The notes below the pieces were generated by a model that ran no database searches, was not told the DNA's origin, and worked only from the letters and a program-made list of their open reading frames with translations. From positions 170,928-234,927 of IMG/VR virus record IMGVR_UViG_3300020576_005257: DNA of 64,000 bases; one strand, given 5' to 3'. Positions 9,105 to 19,314 of this stretch are shown here, in pieces (position 1 is the stretch's first letter; the number at the start of each line of letters is the position of its first letter). Made by a program: the position numbers and the translations under genes. The stretch is from a virus (taxonomy: Duplodnaviria > Caudoviricetes).

Positions 9105-10729
9105 TAAAAGTTTCTACCTCTGTTAATTTCTCCCCAATCTAAAGAAACATCAAAATAGTTGGTCATATCTAAATTAACATCTGACATTCTAGTAGCATAT
9201 CCAATATGACCGCTTGGGGTTAAATAAACTTCCCATTTTATCATTTCGTCAGCTGCTGCTTGTTTGGCATCTTTAATACCAGCAAGAAAATCGTCTGTTA
9301 AAGCTTCTTCATAATCACCAAGTCTTCGTCGTCTACCAACGTTTCTAAGCTCATCAACCAGTATTGAAGCATATAGTTGTACTAAAGTATAAGCTTCAAC
9401 CCACTTAAGAACCCCAAATCCTTTAAGATTATTGGTATCACGAACATAGGTTTCTAATAGTGAATCTCCAAATGTTCCTACTGATCCACCTAAAATCCAT
9501 GCAGAGAATTTAGCTTTAGCTTCTAATGATGCTAAATATATGTAGTAATTAATCAAATCATCTGGCATCGTAGATGCTTCTGATCGTAATCTAGCTTTAA
9601 TAACTCGTATATCTACATAGTAAGGATCATAAAGACTGGAGAATTGATAGGAGAAATTTTCCCCTAAGGTTTGACTGCCATTGTAGCTAGATAATCCTTT
9701 TCTAACTGAGACGGTGTATCTCATATTAGAATAAAATGTTTCACTAGGGGTGAAAGTAGCTACTGTACCACCAACACTCCAACTCCCAGAGACAGTAGAC
9801 TCCAAATAGGAGGCAGGAATATCGTTTCTAGGCAACTGATCTTTTCTTACGACTGAGAAATAAGAATTTAGGCCACCTGTAACTATAGGCTGAGTAAAAG
9901 TTAAACTTATTACTGGAAAAGCAACCTGATTGGTGGATAGGTGCTCGGGGGTAACGCTATCAACTACTAATGGTACAGGGTAACTGTATTCCTCAAAATC
10001 GTAGACCCTTGAAGAAGATGGGTCTGCTGGGGTACTTATCTGTGACCCAGTATCAAACAGAATACTCCATCTAGCAGAAGGTGCAGTATAGTAAACAGTA
10101 CCAGAAGAGTATCCAAAATTAGTTCTGGTAACTACCTCCCAACTTAAAGTTCTACCTTGTAAAGATCCTAAAGTAGCTTCATAACTACCATCAGCTAAAA
10201 CTAATTCGGTACCAACTGAGGTAAAGGTTCCTATGTTAATTCCGTTTTCATAGAAATTAACATCATAAGCTAAGCCAACTACACCTGTGGTAGAAGTAGT
10301 GGGGTTCCAAGTAAAAACATATGGACTCTCTAAGAGGCTGCTTCCATTAGTTGGAGAAAGCAGAGATACCGCTGTGAGCCCTATAGAGGCCGTTGTGAAG
10401 GATATCGTGTAATCTTGTCGGGTCTTTCTTCCATTTGCGTCCTGAAAGCCACTACGGACGATTAAACGGTATTTAGTAGAGCTGCGAAGAACACTGGCAG
10501 GTCTTAAAGTTAATCTCTTATCAGATGCCTCATAAGAAACATAGGTAAGAGCAATAACTGCATTAGTTTCTTCGTCAAAGAGAACGAATCTCTTAGCTAG
10601 TTCATTGGCATCAGTAACCTGAGACAACGAAATATCAATGGACCAATCTAATGTAAAATCAGTGTTTACTGAAATACTGGTAGATCCATTAACGGGGTAA
10701 TTATAGACTAGCTCAGGATAGCCGACCAT
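9104..10729 (-). CDS. Head-tail adaptor-like protein with N-terminal Ig-like domains
   Basis: Big_5-like repeats (YPVNGST...LRSSTKYRLIV...ISFTT; TFTPS...YTVSV); C-terminal YDPYYVDIRVIK...RRLGDYE adaptor-like region. Confidence 0.6.
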   Translation of the reverse strand: MVGYPELVYNYPVNGSTSISVNTDFTLDWSIDISLSQVTDANELAKRFVLFDEETNAVIALTYVSYEASDKRLTLRPASVLRSSTKYRLIVRSGFQDANGRKTRQDYTISFTTASIGLTAVSLLSPTNGSSLLESPYVFTWNPTTSTTGVVGLAYDVNFYENGINIGTFTSVGTELVLADGSYEATLGSLQGRTLSWEVVTRTNFGYSSGTVYYTAPSARWSILFDTGSQISTPADPSSSRVYDFEEYSYPVPLVVDSVTPEHLSTNQVAFPVISLTFTQPIVTGGLNSYFSVVRKDQLPRNDIPASYLESTVSGSWSVGGTVATFTPSETFYSNMRYTVSVRKGLSSYNGSQTLGENFSYQFSSLYDPYYVDIRVIKARLRSEASTMPDDLINYYIYLASLEAKAKFSAWILGGSVGTFGDSLLETYVRDTNNLKGFGVLKWVEAYTLVQLYASILVDELRNVGRRRRLGDYEEALTDDFLAGIKDAKQAAADEMIKWEVYLTPSGHIGYATRMSDVNLDMTNYFDVSLDWGEINRGRNF

Positions 10730-10740
10730 ATCATAATAAA

Positions 10741-10770
10741 TAGAGGTTCCCCCGTTAGGAAGAACCTCTA
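10741..10770 (-). terminator. Intrinsic terminator after major capsid gene
   Basis: TAGAGGTTC...GAACCTCTA inverted repeat followed by TTTATTAT on minus strand; overlaps a CCTCTATTTA motif. Confidence 0.6.
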
Positions 10771-10811
10771 AGAATAAGTCTTCGGCCCCATTTTAACTAG
10801 GGGCCAGAAAC

Positions 10812-12041
10812 TTAGACGGTATTTCGAACCGTAAACAGAGGAGCGAAGTTATCAACAACTCTGATATTTCGAGCAGCCGCCATACCCTTTCCAGCATCCA
10901 TAGCCGACACGTTGAAGTATCGTCTGGCCTTGAGGGTCGTTGCATCATGATACCAATCTTCCATGCTATCGAACTCGTTATCACCACGATTCATAAGAAC
11001 CATTGAGTTGGCCGAGTCAATCACGTACACATCCGTCAGAAGTGCAGCAGCATAGCCTGAACCAGGAGCATTAACCATGACACCTGACTCGTTGTAAGGC
11101 AGAGCATAGTAGGGGACATACGACAAGCCGAATGGCATATTCTGGCTTTGATCGAAATTAGGTCCCTGCTTGTGAATGGTCCCACCAAGTTGTCCCTGAT
11201 GGAAGAACGTACCTCGAATAAGGGGATCTTGGAAGATCACCGGATAGGCGAGAGGATGAATCAAGAGGTGAGATGGGTTATAGCGATTGCCAACCACAAC
11301 ACCTGCGAGGGTCAAGATGTCTCGAAGTGACAATGATGCGTTAGCAGCCTGGCTGACATCAACACCCGTGGTGCGATCAGCAGCAATGCTGTTATCATTA
11401 TCAAAGACTGTAATGGCCTTCTGAACGAGGGCTGTATACAGGAACTCTTCAACTCGACGATTAAGACCGTTTGCCATGAGTTCCAAGTGCAAGGAAATCA
11501 ACGGGTAGATAGAATGTTGCTCAACTTCCTCAGAAAGGGAAGCCATAACACCATACTTCTTCAATCGAAGACTTGCAATGTGCTCTTGGAAGGTGAGAGC
11601 CTGGGGCTTGTATTCACCACCCTCAGCAACTTCGTATGCTTGGTAAGCACCGACAGTTGGGAAGGTAACGGTAAGAGGAGCACTGGCATCAAGCGTAATC
11701 TTCTTAGCAACGTTGTTGGTCAGCCAAGCCGAGGGTTCGGTGGGCTTAACAAGAATTTCGCTAATGACACGCTTAAAGATGACCGAAGAGTCCGAAGAAG
11801 CCATCATTTCACTGATGGGGATGTTCGGGACTACGAGCCTATCACCGTCAAGATTCTCTCGGCGGAACATAGCGTAGACATACTCTTCTGCTTCCTTCAT
11901 TTGGGCAGCAACTTTCTTAGGAGTAGTTTGTCCTTCTTCGGTACCAAAGACCATTCCATTAGCCTTGGTGAATTCCCGAATTTCAGATTCAACCGACTTC
12001 GACGTTGCCTCACTGATTAGTTTAAGGATACTGTTATTCAT
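10812..12041 (-). CDS. Major capsid protein (HK97 fold)
   Basis: 409 aa; AYEVAEGGEY...KKYGVMASLSEE...PSHLLIHPLAY; strongly biased codon use. Confidence 0.9.
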   Translation of the reverse strand: MNNSILKLISEATSKSVESEIREFTKANGMVFGTEEGQTTPKKVAAQMKEAEEYVYAMFRRENLDGDRLVVPNIPISEMMASSDSSVIFKRVISEILVKPTEPSAWLTNNVAKKITLDASAPLTVTFPTVGAYQAYEVAEGGEYKPQALTFQEHIASLRLKKYGVMASLSEEVEQHSIYPLISLHLELMANGLNRRVEEFLYTALVQKAITVFDNDNSIAADRTTGVDVSQAANASLSLRDILTLAGVVVGNRYNPSHLLIHPLAYPVIFQDPLIRGTFFHQGQLGGTIHKQGPNFDQSQNMPFGLSYVPYYALPYNESGVMVNAPGSGYAAALLTDVYVIDSANSMVLMNRGDNEFDSMEDWYHDATTLKARRYFNVSAMDAGKGMAAARNIRVVDNFAPLFTVRNTV

Positions 12042-12094
12042 AGTTTTTTTCTCTTAATTTGTCTGCTGGGGCCAGTTACTGGCCCCATTAAACC

Positions 12095-13561
12095 TTAGTT
12101 TTTCACCAAGAATCTCATTTCTCCTACAACGTCTGCGAAGTTCAAGTGGGCTGGAATACCTGCTCTAGCAGAAGGCACCATACCAGTAGCCGAACCAGTT
12201 CCAGCAGTCACATAACGACCGTCGGTAAGACCTTCGATACCACCACCCCAAAGAACAGCACCATCAACTGACGAAACTGAAGAGTAGGTGACTCGAACCG
12301 CAGTTGCAGTAATATTCACTGCCAGTTCAATCACGCCAGTTCTCCAGTTAAGAGAATGGTATGGTCCATTAAGAGTAGCAACCAAGGACAAGGACGGACC
12401 AGAAGGAAGAGTGTACCAGTTAGCACCAGAGTAGGTGACAGACACACCCGTTGACGGGTCAATGATGGTTCCCTGAATCTCGATAATCACATTATGATTA
12501 ACCGATACGGGGGCATACACAACTCGATAGACAGAACCTGCGACCACAGCGGTTGCTGATTCAGCACTTCGATTAGTGACAGCTTGTCGTTGAGTCATAG
12601 GCGGGTAGTTAAGATAGTCTGCACGAGCCACTTCAACAAACTTGAACAGCTCCTCTCGACTCTTAACATCCGTCAAGGATTGAATTCTAACTACCTCACC
12701 ACCTCTTTGATCGGCAGTATGACCATATTCGTACCAAATCTGAGTACAAGTAGCTGGCAGTGTTGCCACCCAGTTCGTACCATTAAAGGCAAGGGTCGTA
12801 GTACCAGTCACAGGAGTGCTAGAGTTAAGCAATGCAACAACTCGCGGCAACAGACCAGGATAGATAGCCTCGGTAAGGGTAACTGTCGAATTAGCTGCGA
12901 ACACTTGGTATCGCATACTCAAAGCAGTCCACTTAACTGGCTTACCTCGATGGATCCAACCAATTGCAGAAGTGCTAGAAGTACTTCCCCAATAACCAGT
13001 TAACTGATCACCAGCAGTCAAAGCACCCTGTGCGTTGTTCACTTGAAGAACGAACGGCACGGAAGCAAGGAAGCCTCGGCGGAACTTAACATCAGTAGCA
13101 CTCATACCAGAATCCTGGTTGAAGGTGTTACCAGTGGTCCAATAAGAAGCACCAGTGGTCGTATTAGTATTACCACTAGTCATCTGTCCACTACCCTTGA
13201 AGATGTTGTTAACCGAAAGACCCACCGGAGTGAGATTTCGACCATCATGAAGGGTCAGCGTGGTCTTACCACGATCTGTTTGACCAACTCTGTAAGCACT
13301 TACAGAAGCAGCCACACCAGCATTGTCGTAGCTAGCCATTGTCTGGGTAGACGAATAGCCAACAGAAACGAATCGACCAGCCGGAATGACAATGCCACCA
13401 GCCGGATCATAGGGGTCAGCAAACTGAGCAGGAAGAAATGGGTCTACTCGCATTTCCTCCGGCGGAGTTTGGCCTACAGTAGGATTCGAGAGTTCTGTAA
13501 AACCCCCTAGCCATCTCTTAGTCGGCTGAATAGCAGAGCCGTACATATCACCGATACTCAT
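12095..13561 (-). CDS. Abundant head structural/decoration protein
   Basis: Between scaffold and MCP; VIPAGRFV motif; beta-rich, biased codons. Confidence 0.6.
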   Translation of the reverse strand: MSIGDMYGSAIQPTKRWLGGFTELSNPTVGQTPPEEMRVDPFLPAQFADPYDPAGGIVIPAGRFVSVGYSSTQTMASYDNAGVAASVSAYRVGQTDRGKTTLTLHDGRNLTPVGLSVNNIFKGSGQMTSGNTNTTTGASYWTTGNTFNQDSGMSATDVKFRRGFLASVPFVLQVNNAQGALTAGDQLTGYWGSTSSTSAIGWIHRGKPVKWTALSMRYQVFAANSTVTLTEAIYPGLLPRVVALLNSSTPVTGTTTLAFNGTNWVATLPATCTQIWYEYGHTADQRGGEVVRIQSLTDVKSREELFKFVEVARADYLNYPPMTQRQAVTNRSAESATAVVAGSVYRVVYAPVSVNHNVIIEIQGTIIDPSTGVSVTYSGANWYTLPSGPSLSLVATLNGPYHSLNWRTGVIELAVNITATAVRVTYSSVSSVDGAVLWGGGIEGLTDGRYVTAGTGSATGMVPSARAGIPAHLNFADVVGEMRFLVKN

Positions 13562-14847
13562 TATTTATTATCTCCTTTGTTTCTTCCTTTTTTATTTGTT
13601 GGTTTGGTATTCATTTCCATAAACAATCCAAGACCAGAAGTGTTTGAATCATCTTCAACATCTTTGTCTTCTTCTTCAGAAGTCTCTTTGACTTTACCTT
13701 CCACTGGACTAGTGACTGGATCAACCTTAGTGGCATTACTGCCTTCGTCAGTGGGAGTTTGTTTGGGGGCTTCTGTCAGAAGTTTCCTTAAAACTGTAGC
13801 ACCGAAAACCGTGTAAGGTTTGCCGCACTCCTCCAGCTTCTCTAAAGTCAATCCTTCTTTTCTAATAAGTCCAACCAATTTGGCTAACATAGCCTGTTCA
13901 TCGTTCTTATATTCGTGACGAGTAAAGTACGCCATAAGAAATTCGTTGCCAAGTTCAATCGGCTTAGAAAGTTCCTTTTCACTTTGTAATAGAGGGATAA
14001 ATTCTTCGGTCTTGAAAAGAGATTTTTCATTTTCGACTAATTCTGTCAAGAAAGTCTCTACGCTGGTTTTAGCAGCGTCTGTTAAACCATAAGTCTTACA
14101 AAGTAAGGGCAGGTTCTCCAGAGCATTCTTGGCATCCTCTACAGTCTCAATCAGAAGAGGAGTATATTGCAAACTCTCCTTCTTATCATTTACGGTATCA
14201 ATGAAAATCGGAGCATGAGCAAAGGAGCCGTCCTTTTCTACCAATCCAAATTGCTTGCTCTTTTCAAAGATAGCTTCTTTAATGGGTTTTGCAGTTTCCT
14301 CTGTTTGCTTTTCGAGCATCTCTAACGCCTGAACAGCAGATAGTTTATTGATAACTGGAAAAGACTTGTTTGGGCCACAGAATGCTTCTGTGGTTAAAGC
14401 TTGTCTCTGCTTTACCGTAAACTCTGCTTCAGTGTTGAATGATTCATCTGTAGAAGCAAGATTATAAAGCTCACCAAAAGTCAGCTTCTTGTTTGCTTCC
14501 TCTTCTGAGGATTCTAGTACCCCGCCATTCTTTAGATAGGATGCCACCGCTAGTTTAGCAGTGTCAGCATTCCATTCTCCTTCCATCGCATCCATAGCCT
14601 CATCCTGGCACTTGATCATAAGATCAGGGTCCATAATTTTGGCTTCAGTAGATTCTTCTGTTTTAGCTAAAGCATCAATGACACTTTGTGTAGATTTCTC
14701 CACACAGAACTCATTAACTTTTGCATTAAAAGCGGTTTCAAATTGGGTAAGGATTTCTTTTCCTTCCTTTTCTAGACCTGCCTTAACACCCTTAAGCTTA
14801 TCTAAAGAGCCTACACAATCTTCAATCAGATTAGTTAGTTTTTCCAT
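13561..14847 (-). CDS. Capsid scaffold-like protein
   Basis: Glu/Lys-rich helical protein after protease; FCGPNKSFPV motif. Confidence 0.55.
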   Translation of the reverse strand: MEKLTNLIEDCVGSLDKLKGVKAGLEKEGKEILTQFETAFNAKVNEFCVEKSTQSVIDALAKTEESTEAKIMDPDLMIKCQDEAMDAMEGEWNADTAKLAVASYLKNGGVLESSEEEANKKLTFGELYNLASTDESFNTEAEFTVKQRQALTTEAFCGPNKSFPVINKLSAVQALEMLEKQTEETAKPIKEAIFEKSKQFGLVEKDGSFAHAPIFIDTVNDKKESLQYTPLLIETVEDAKNALENLPLLCKTYGLTDAAKTSVETFLTELVENEKSLFKTEEFIPLLQSEKELSKPIELGNEFLMAYFTRHEYKNDEQAMLAKLVGLIRKEGLTLEKLEECGKPYTVFGATVLRKLLTEAPKQTPTDEGSNATKVDPVTSPVEGKVKETSEEEDKDVEDDSNTSGLGLFMEMNTKPTNKKGRNKGDNK

Positions 14848-16282
14848 TCTTTAGTTCCTTAGTGATTATTGTTACCATCTTATCAATGGTTTCAGATTCG
14901 ATAGGCGAAGACTTATCTACACCCCAATTCCTCATTGTTTCCGGCTGAGAACAAGTGTCATAGACTTTTTTGAAGACTTTAGCCCAAGAATAATCACCTT
15001 CTGACCACTCTTTCTTCTCACTTAAAGATAATAGAGGCTCAGCATAAAGGGATTTTTCCTTGAAACTAGCCCCTGGTTTAAAATTCTCAATAAAAAATGA
15101 TTTAAGTTTTGCGTTTACGTTATCTTGTGTTTCCTGTGTTTCACATAAAGTAAGTTTTTTCTTATCTACTTTTCTCATTTCTGGGGTTAATTTATAGCTT
15201 TCTGTAAGAACTAATCTCACTAAAACATCATTCTCATTAACCTTTAAAATCTGTCCTGCGTGACCTTCAAAATTTACCAATTGCTTAGCCGCAAACTCAA
15301 TTGGCGTAACCACCTTAGTATCTTCCTCTTCAGGGGTTTTGTACGACTCCGTTGCATAACTTTTATCCGGAATATTCAGGAAGAAGTATTCAGGGATCTT
15401 CACAGAATCAATTAATTCTAAGTTTGGAGCAAAAGCACTATGCTCTTCCTCTGATAAGTCAAAAAGCTTCTCCAAAGTAAGTGCATCGTAAAATGCGAAT
15501 TCCTTAGATCCAACCTTTTTCTCTCCTAACAGGAGTTTAAGACCATCTACACCAATGTCAGGATCTTCGTTGAAAGCTTCTGTATCACTGGGAACATTAA
15601 CGTAGCTGACCTCAAGGCCCATCATATCATACATGGACCAATAGCATAGTCGTTTCTGGCCATCAATCTCAACAAAGTCACCTTTATTGTAAGGAGGTAG
15701 TTCTTTTCCAGCACGAGACAATGCAACTAAGTCAGCACCAGAGATGGATTCAATAATCTTCCCAACTCTAGAGCCAACCGAAACTGTGTGATAGGCTCCA
15801 CCAAGAACCTTAGGAACTGCTTCCTGATCGGAAATACAAGCCACAAAGCTCATACAACCATCTCCAGAAAGGAAACCAGGCATTCCCTTTGGAGCCGCAA
15901 TTACTTTCTTTGAGTCCTTTTCTGCTTTGTAGGTAGCATATAGGATTCTTCCCATTGGCTTGTCTGCTTGAGTAAAAAACCCATCTTGAAGAGCATGGTT
16001 AGTAATGACAGGCTTAGGGTGCGGGATTACATAACTAGCATAACCAGTAGGCTGTAATTTATTCTTTTTCCCAATGAGAGTTTCTCTCGGGTAGTAAGTA
16101 TTGTTCCGGGTAAGCTTCTCAGAGTTCAAAGCTCTAATAAGAGGATAAACAGCATTAAGATCTTTGACCTTAATATCTGCTACTGAGGCTTCAAGAATTG
16201 GCCTACCAGGATCTGTGTTTATGGGATTCTCAGTCTTGAGATTGAAATGTTCCCTGATTAAACTAATATCTTGATTATTCAT
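14831..16282 (-). CDS. Prohead maturation protease
   Basis: TRNNTYYP, PKPVITNH, PMGRI, YHTVSVGS, EVSYVNVPSD herpes/HK97-type protease motifs. Confidence 0.8.
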   Translation of the reverse strand: MNNQDISLIREHFNLKTENPINTDPGRPILEASVADIKVKDLNAVYPLIRALNSEKLTRNNTYYPRETLIGKKNKLQPTGYASYVIPHPKPVITNHALQDGFFTQADKPMGRILYATYKAEKDSKKVIAAPKGMPGFLSGDGCMSFVACISDQEAVPKVLGGAYHTVSVGSRVGKIIESISGADLVALSRAGKELPPYNKGDFVEIDGQKRLCYWSMYDMMGLEVSYVNVPSDTEAFNEDPDIGVDGLKLLLGEKKVGSKEFAFYDALTLEKLFDLSEEEHSAFAPNLELIDSVKIPEYFFLNIPDKSYATESYKTPEEEDTKVVTPIEFAAKQLVNFEGHAGQILKVNENDVLVRLVLTESYKLTPEMRKVDKKKLTLCETQETQDNVNAKLKSFFIENFKPGASFKEKSLYAEPLLSLSEKKEWSEGDYSWAKVFKKVYDTCSQPETMRNWGVDKSSPIESETIDKMVTIITKELKNGKTN

Positions 16283-16285
16283 TTA

Positions 16286-16642
16286 TTATAACCTAAATTT
16301 GCCGAATCTACCACTCATAGCTCTAGTGCCTAGACGACTAGTTGTACGTAAATGGTTTTGAATAGCATTTTTGTTAAACATAGCATGCCCAGCTCCCACC
16401 ATAGAAACTGCCGATAACCCACCATATAAAGCAGCGGCACCGTTGTTTTGATTGACTCTAGCATCGGCGGATTTTTTAGCCAAAAGACCAGAAGTACCTG
16501 CCATAATACCAGCTCCGATTTGCTGGGAATATTTATGTCCTCCAAGATTTGGGAGATTAATAAGCCCACGGCTTAAACCTTGTCCCATACGACTACCACC
16601 AAAAGTGTTAAGCCCGCCTCTTAGCATTGATCTAAAATTCAT
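16286..16642 (-). CDS. Basic Gly/Ala-rich hypothetical (possible internal virion protein)
   Basis: 118 aa, AGGAG RBS, two Gly-rich hydrophobic segments. Confidence 0.55.
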   Translation of the reverse strand: MNFRSMLRGGLNTFGGSRMGQGLSRGLINLPNLGGHKYSQQIGAGIMAGTSGLLAKKSADARVNQNNGAAALYGGLSAVSMVGAGHAMFNKNAIQNHLRTTSRLGTRAMSGRFGKFRL

Positions 16643-16651
16643 GATTCTCCT

Positions 16652-16876
16652 TTACACACTTAAATCTTCGTCGCCAACTTCCGATTTCTCTTGAACGGGT
16701 GGTTTAAGCAACCAAAACAAAGAACCATCAAAAGCGGGCCATACAATCATAGAAATAGCTTTCAAGCCTGGTCCCCAACTAAAGGGAAGTGGTTGTTCTG
16801 AGAAAGCTAAACCCTTAAAGATTAACCCCCCAAATAACAAAAACGCTTTGGGCATAGCCCATTCAACTTTAGACAT
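16652..16876 (-). CDS. Small membrane protein
   Basis: 74 aa, hydrophobic, overlaps upstream gene. Confidence 0.55.
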   Translation of the reverse strand: MSKVEWAMPKAFLLFGGLIFKGLAFSEQPLPFSWGPGLKAISMIVWPAFDGSLFWLLKPPVQEKSEVGDEDLSV

Positions 16877-17144
16877 GATGGTCTCTATTCTCCTTTTCCA
16901 AAAATTCTAGTCTGGATTCAAACTTATCTTGCCTTTGTGCATTCTCTTCCAGGTCCTCTAGTCTGTCAGTTAATTTATCTACCGCAGTTTTCAAAGAGTC
17001 AATTGAAGCTCTGAATTCTTGCATCAATGTATACATCATCTGTCTATCAGTAGTAGATTGCTTAACAATCCAAGCAACCAATAGAAAAGTAATTAGTGCC
17101 CAGGGTCCTTCTTTTGCGAATGCAGTTAAAAGTTGACTTTCCAT
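16869..17144 (-). CDS. BhlA/UviB-like holin
   Basis: KEGPWALITFLLVAWIVKQS single TM followed by coiled coil. Confidence 0.6.
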   Translation of the reverse strand: MESQLLTAFAKEGPWALITFLLVAWIVKQSTTDRQMMYTLMQEFRASIDSLKTAVDKLTDRLEDLEENAQRQDKFESRLEFLEKENRDHHV

Positions 17145-17150
17145 ATCTTG

Positions 17151-18788
17151 TTATTCCTTATATGCCTCATCAATTAATAAGTGCAGATACAGTAAGACAG
17201 CTTCGGGATCATGAGCCAGATTTGTCAATCCTTCTATGGTCTCGTCAATGTTCACATCAAAAGCTCTATTGAACTCATCTACGAACTCGTCTAATCTGAT
17301 TTTCCCAAAATTCTCTACAAAGAATGATTCCACTTTCTTTTTAGTTGGCTTTGGAGGTTTTGTTGTTGTATCTGGTGCCGCTGCTGCCTTTGCTTCAGCT
17401 TTCGCCTTTTCAATAGGAATTGTGACACGATTATAATAGAGGTCCTCAAAGTTAACTTTTTCTAGGTAACCCATCTCTCTTCTACCTTCTTCAAAGGTAA
17501 TTGAGTTTTTAGTAATCATATCAGTGAAATGGGCTCTAAGCTTAATAAGTCTAGCTTCATCCATTTCTTTGAAAATCAATTTAACTTGATCTTCTTCCTT
17601 ATTGTAAGGATCAAATCCACCTTCCCACAATAACTCATTAAGAAGGAACATTTCCAGATTCGTTGCCAATTCTTGCTGGCAGAATCTAATCCTGTTCATT
17701 AAAAGTTCGATTGCTGCTTCAGCAGTACCAATCGTACCAGGCTCAAATCCCATTAAAAATGGTGAAACACCAAGACCAGCAAAAGCCCTATAAGCACCAT
17801 ATTTAAGATAGCCCTCTGTTCTAAGTACTTGACTCTCAGAACCTAAAATCTTTAACTCATGTGTACCAGGAGTAACAATAACTCCCGCTTGACTCATGTT
17901 TCTATGGCTAGCTAAAGCATTTCTCATCTCCAGCTCTGAATCACCACCAGGAGTTGATGGTCTTAGGATTCTATGCCACAATACAGGAATCGTGTTTTTC
18001 TTTAAAGCAATAGCAGTAGTTTGTTCTTGGTTTCTAAGTAAACTAACATCTTCAAGAGCTGCAAAGGTTAAACCAAAACCATAATGACAATCAGAAGGTC
18101 TTTTATAAGGGGTGTGAATAAGATCCACACCATTCTTAAAAACAGTCTCCTTCCCAGTGTATCTAAGACCCCTAGAAATTAAGGCTTGATTGGATGGAAG
18201 AGGTTCGCCTGAAACAGTAGAAATCTTCTCTTGCGCGTGAGCTTTATTAAACTTCCAGCCATAGTAAACAGAATCCTTTACAAATGGCTCAAAGGAGAGT
18301 GGGTGTACAATGAAAATACCTGAAATTGCATAGGGCTTTTCTTCGTATAGGGGTCGTTTTACATTAACATCCCCACCCTTAGTTCCTCTGGTTTTTAGGA
18401 AGAATGGGTTACCATGCTTAAAATATTCGTGAACATAACGAGTGATAATTAACTGCCAAGGTTCACCTACTTTCAAGCTGATAAGATTTAATCTTCTTTT
18501 AAGATAATCTACTGCCTCTTTTCTACCACCTAAATCAAAGTCCTTAAATAGCTCAGCATGACGATCAACAGCCATTCTGACAAAACCATCTACAACATAG
18601 GCCTTACAGCCTCTGGCAATGGTTTTTTGGGCATTTTGACCATTAAAACTAGATGCCTTATCAATTAGATCCCAACTATTTCCACCAGTTGTTAAGGGGT
18701 CCTCAATGAGTTTAATACCTTCTTGTCTAAGAGAAGGTGCTTGGAGGCTATATTCGAATCCTACGTTATTTGTAAATCTACGCTCCAT
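17151..18788 (-). CDS. Portal protein
   Basis: 545 aa between terminase and protease; YFKHGNPF, LIH...YGFG, AGLGVSPFLMG, ITFEEGRREMG. Confidence 0.85.
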   Translation of the reverse strand: MERRFTNNVGFEYSLQAPSLRQEGIKLIEDPLTTGGNSWDLIDKASSFNGQNAQKTIARGCKAYVVDGFVRMAVDRHAELFKDFDLGGRKEAVDYLKRRLNLISLKVGEPWQLIITRYVHEYFKHGNPFFLKTRGTKGGDVNVKRPLYEEKPYAISGIFIVHPLSFEPFVKDSVYYGWKFNKAHAQEKISTVSGEPLPSNQALISRGLRYTGKETVFKNGVDLIHTPYKRPSDCHYGFGLTFAALEDVSLLRNQEQTTAIALKKNTIPVLWHRILRPSTPGGDSELEMRNALASHRNMSQAGVIVTPGTHELKILGSESQVLRTEGYLKYGAYRAFAGLGVSPFLMGFEPGTIGTAEAAIELLMNRIRFCQQELATNLEMFLLNELLWEGGFDPYNKEEDQVKLIFKEMDEARLIKLRAHFTDMITKNSITFEEGRREMGYLEKVNFEDLYYNRVTIPIEKAKAEAKAAAAPDTTTKPPKPTKKKVESFFVENFGKIRLDEFVDEFNRAFDVNIDETIEGLTNLAHDPEAVLLYLHLLIDEAYKE

Positions 18789-19314
18789 TCAAAGCCTCAT
18801 AAATTCTTTTAGCTACTGATTGTTGTGTACAGGGGTCTTCCCAATTAAATACCAGTAACTTAGGTTTCTGTTTTCCGCTTACAGAAGCTAGTTTAGGTAC
18901 CATAACCTCTAAAGCAGCAATATCAGATAATTCTAAATCTCTTTCTTGTTTACTAATGCCATACCTCTTAGCAACTTCATAAGATGCTGATGCAGGACTA
19001 CCTATATAAATATAGAGTGCTAATTTTGGACAAAAGAAGTGAAAATGTGGTACTTTGCTACTGGGGAGGGGGAAATAGTTATAGGTACCACCTTCGATTA
19101 CATTTAGTGGTTCTAAATCTAAATCTTCTAAACCACGATCTTTTTGTTGACTAATAAATAGATCATTTAGGAATGTGTGAATAACATTACCTATAATTTC
19201 AGCTTTTTCTTTCTGAATTTTGGAGAGATCATTTTTCTCCAACTTCCATAAAATACTAAGTAACAATTTAATAAACTTCTGTTTAAGTTTTTCTATCAAA
19301 ATTTTAGGCTCCAA
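18778..19314 (-). CDS. Hypothetical, Vsr/DUF559-like fold probably inactive
   Basis: HFHFFCPKLALYIYIG...ERD...LLVFNWED spacing resembles the family but the acidic catalytic residues are absent. Confidence 0.35.
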   Translation of the reverse strand: MEPKILIEKLKQKFIKLLLSILWKLEKNDLSKIQKEKAEIIGNVIHTFLNDLFISQQKDRGLEDLDLEPLNVIEGGTYNYFPLPSSKVPHFHFFCPKLALYIYIGSPASASYEVAKRYGISKQERDLELSDIAALEVMVPKLASVSGKQKPKLLVFNWEDPCTQQSVAKRIYEALNGA

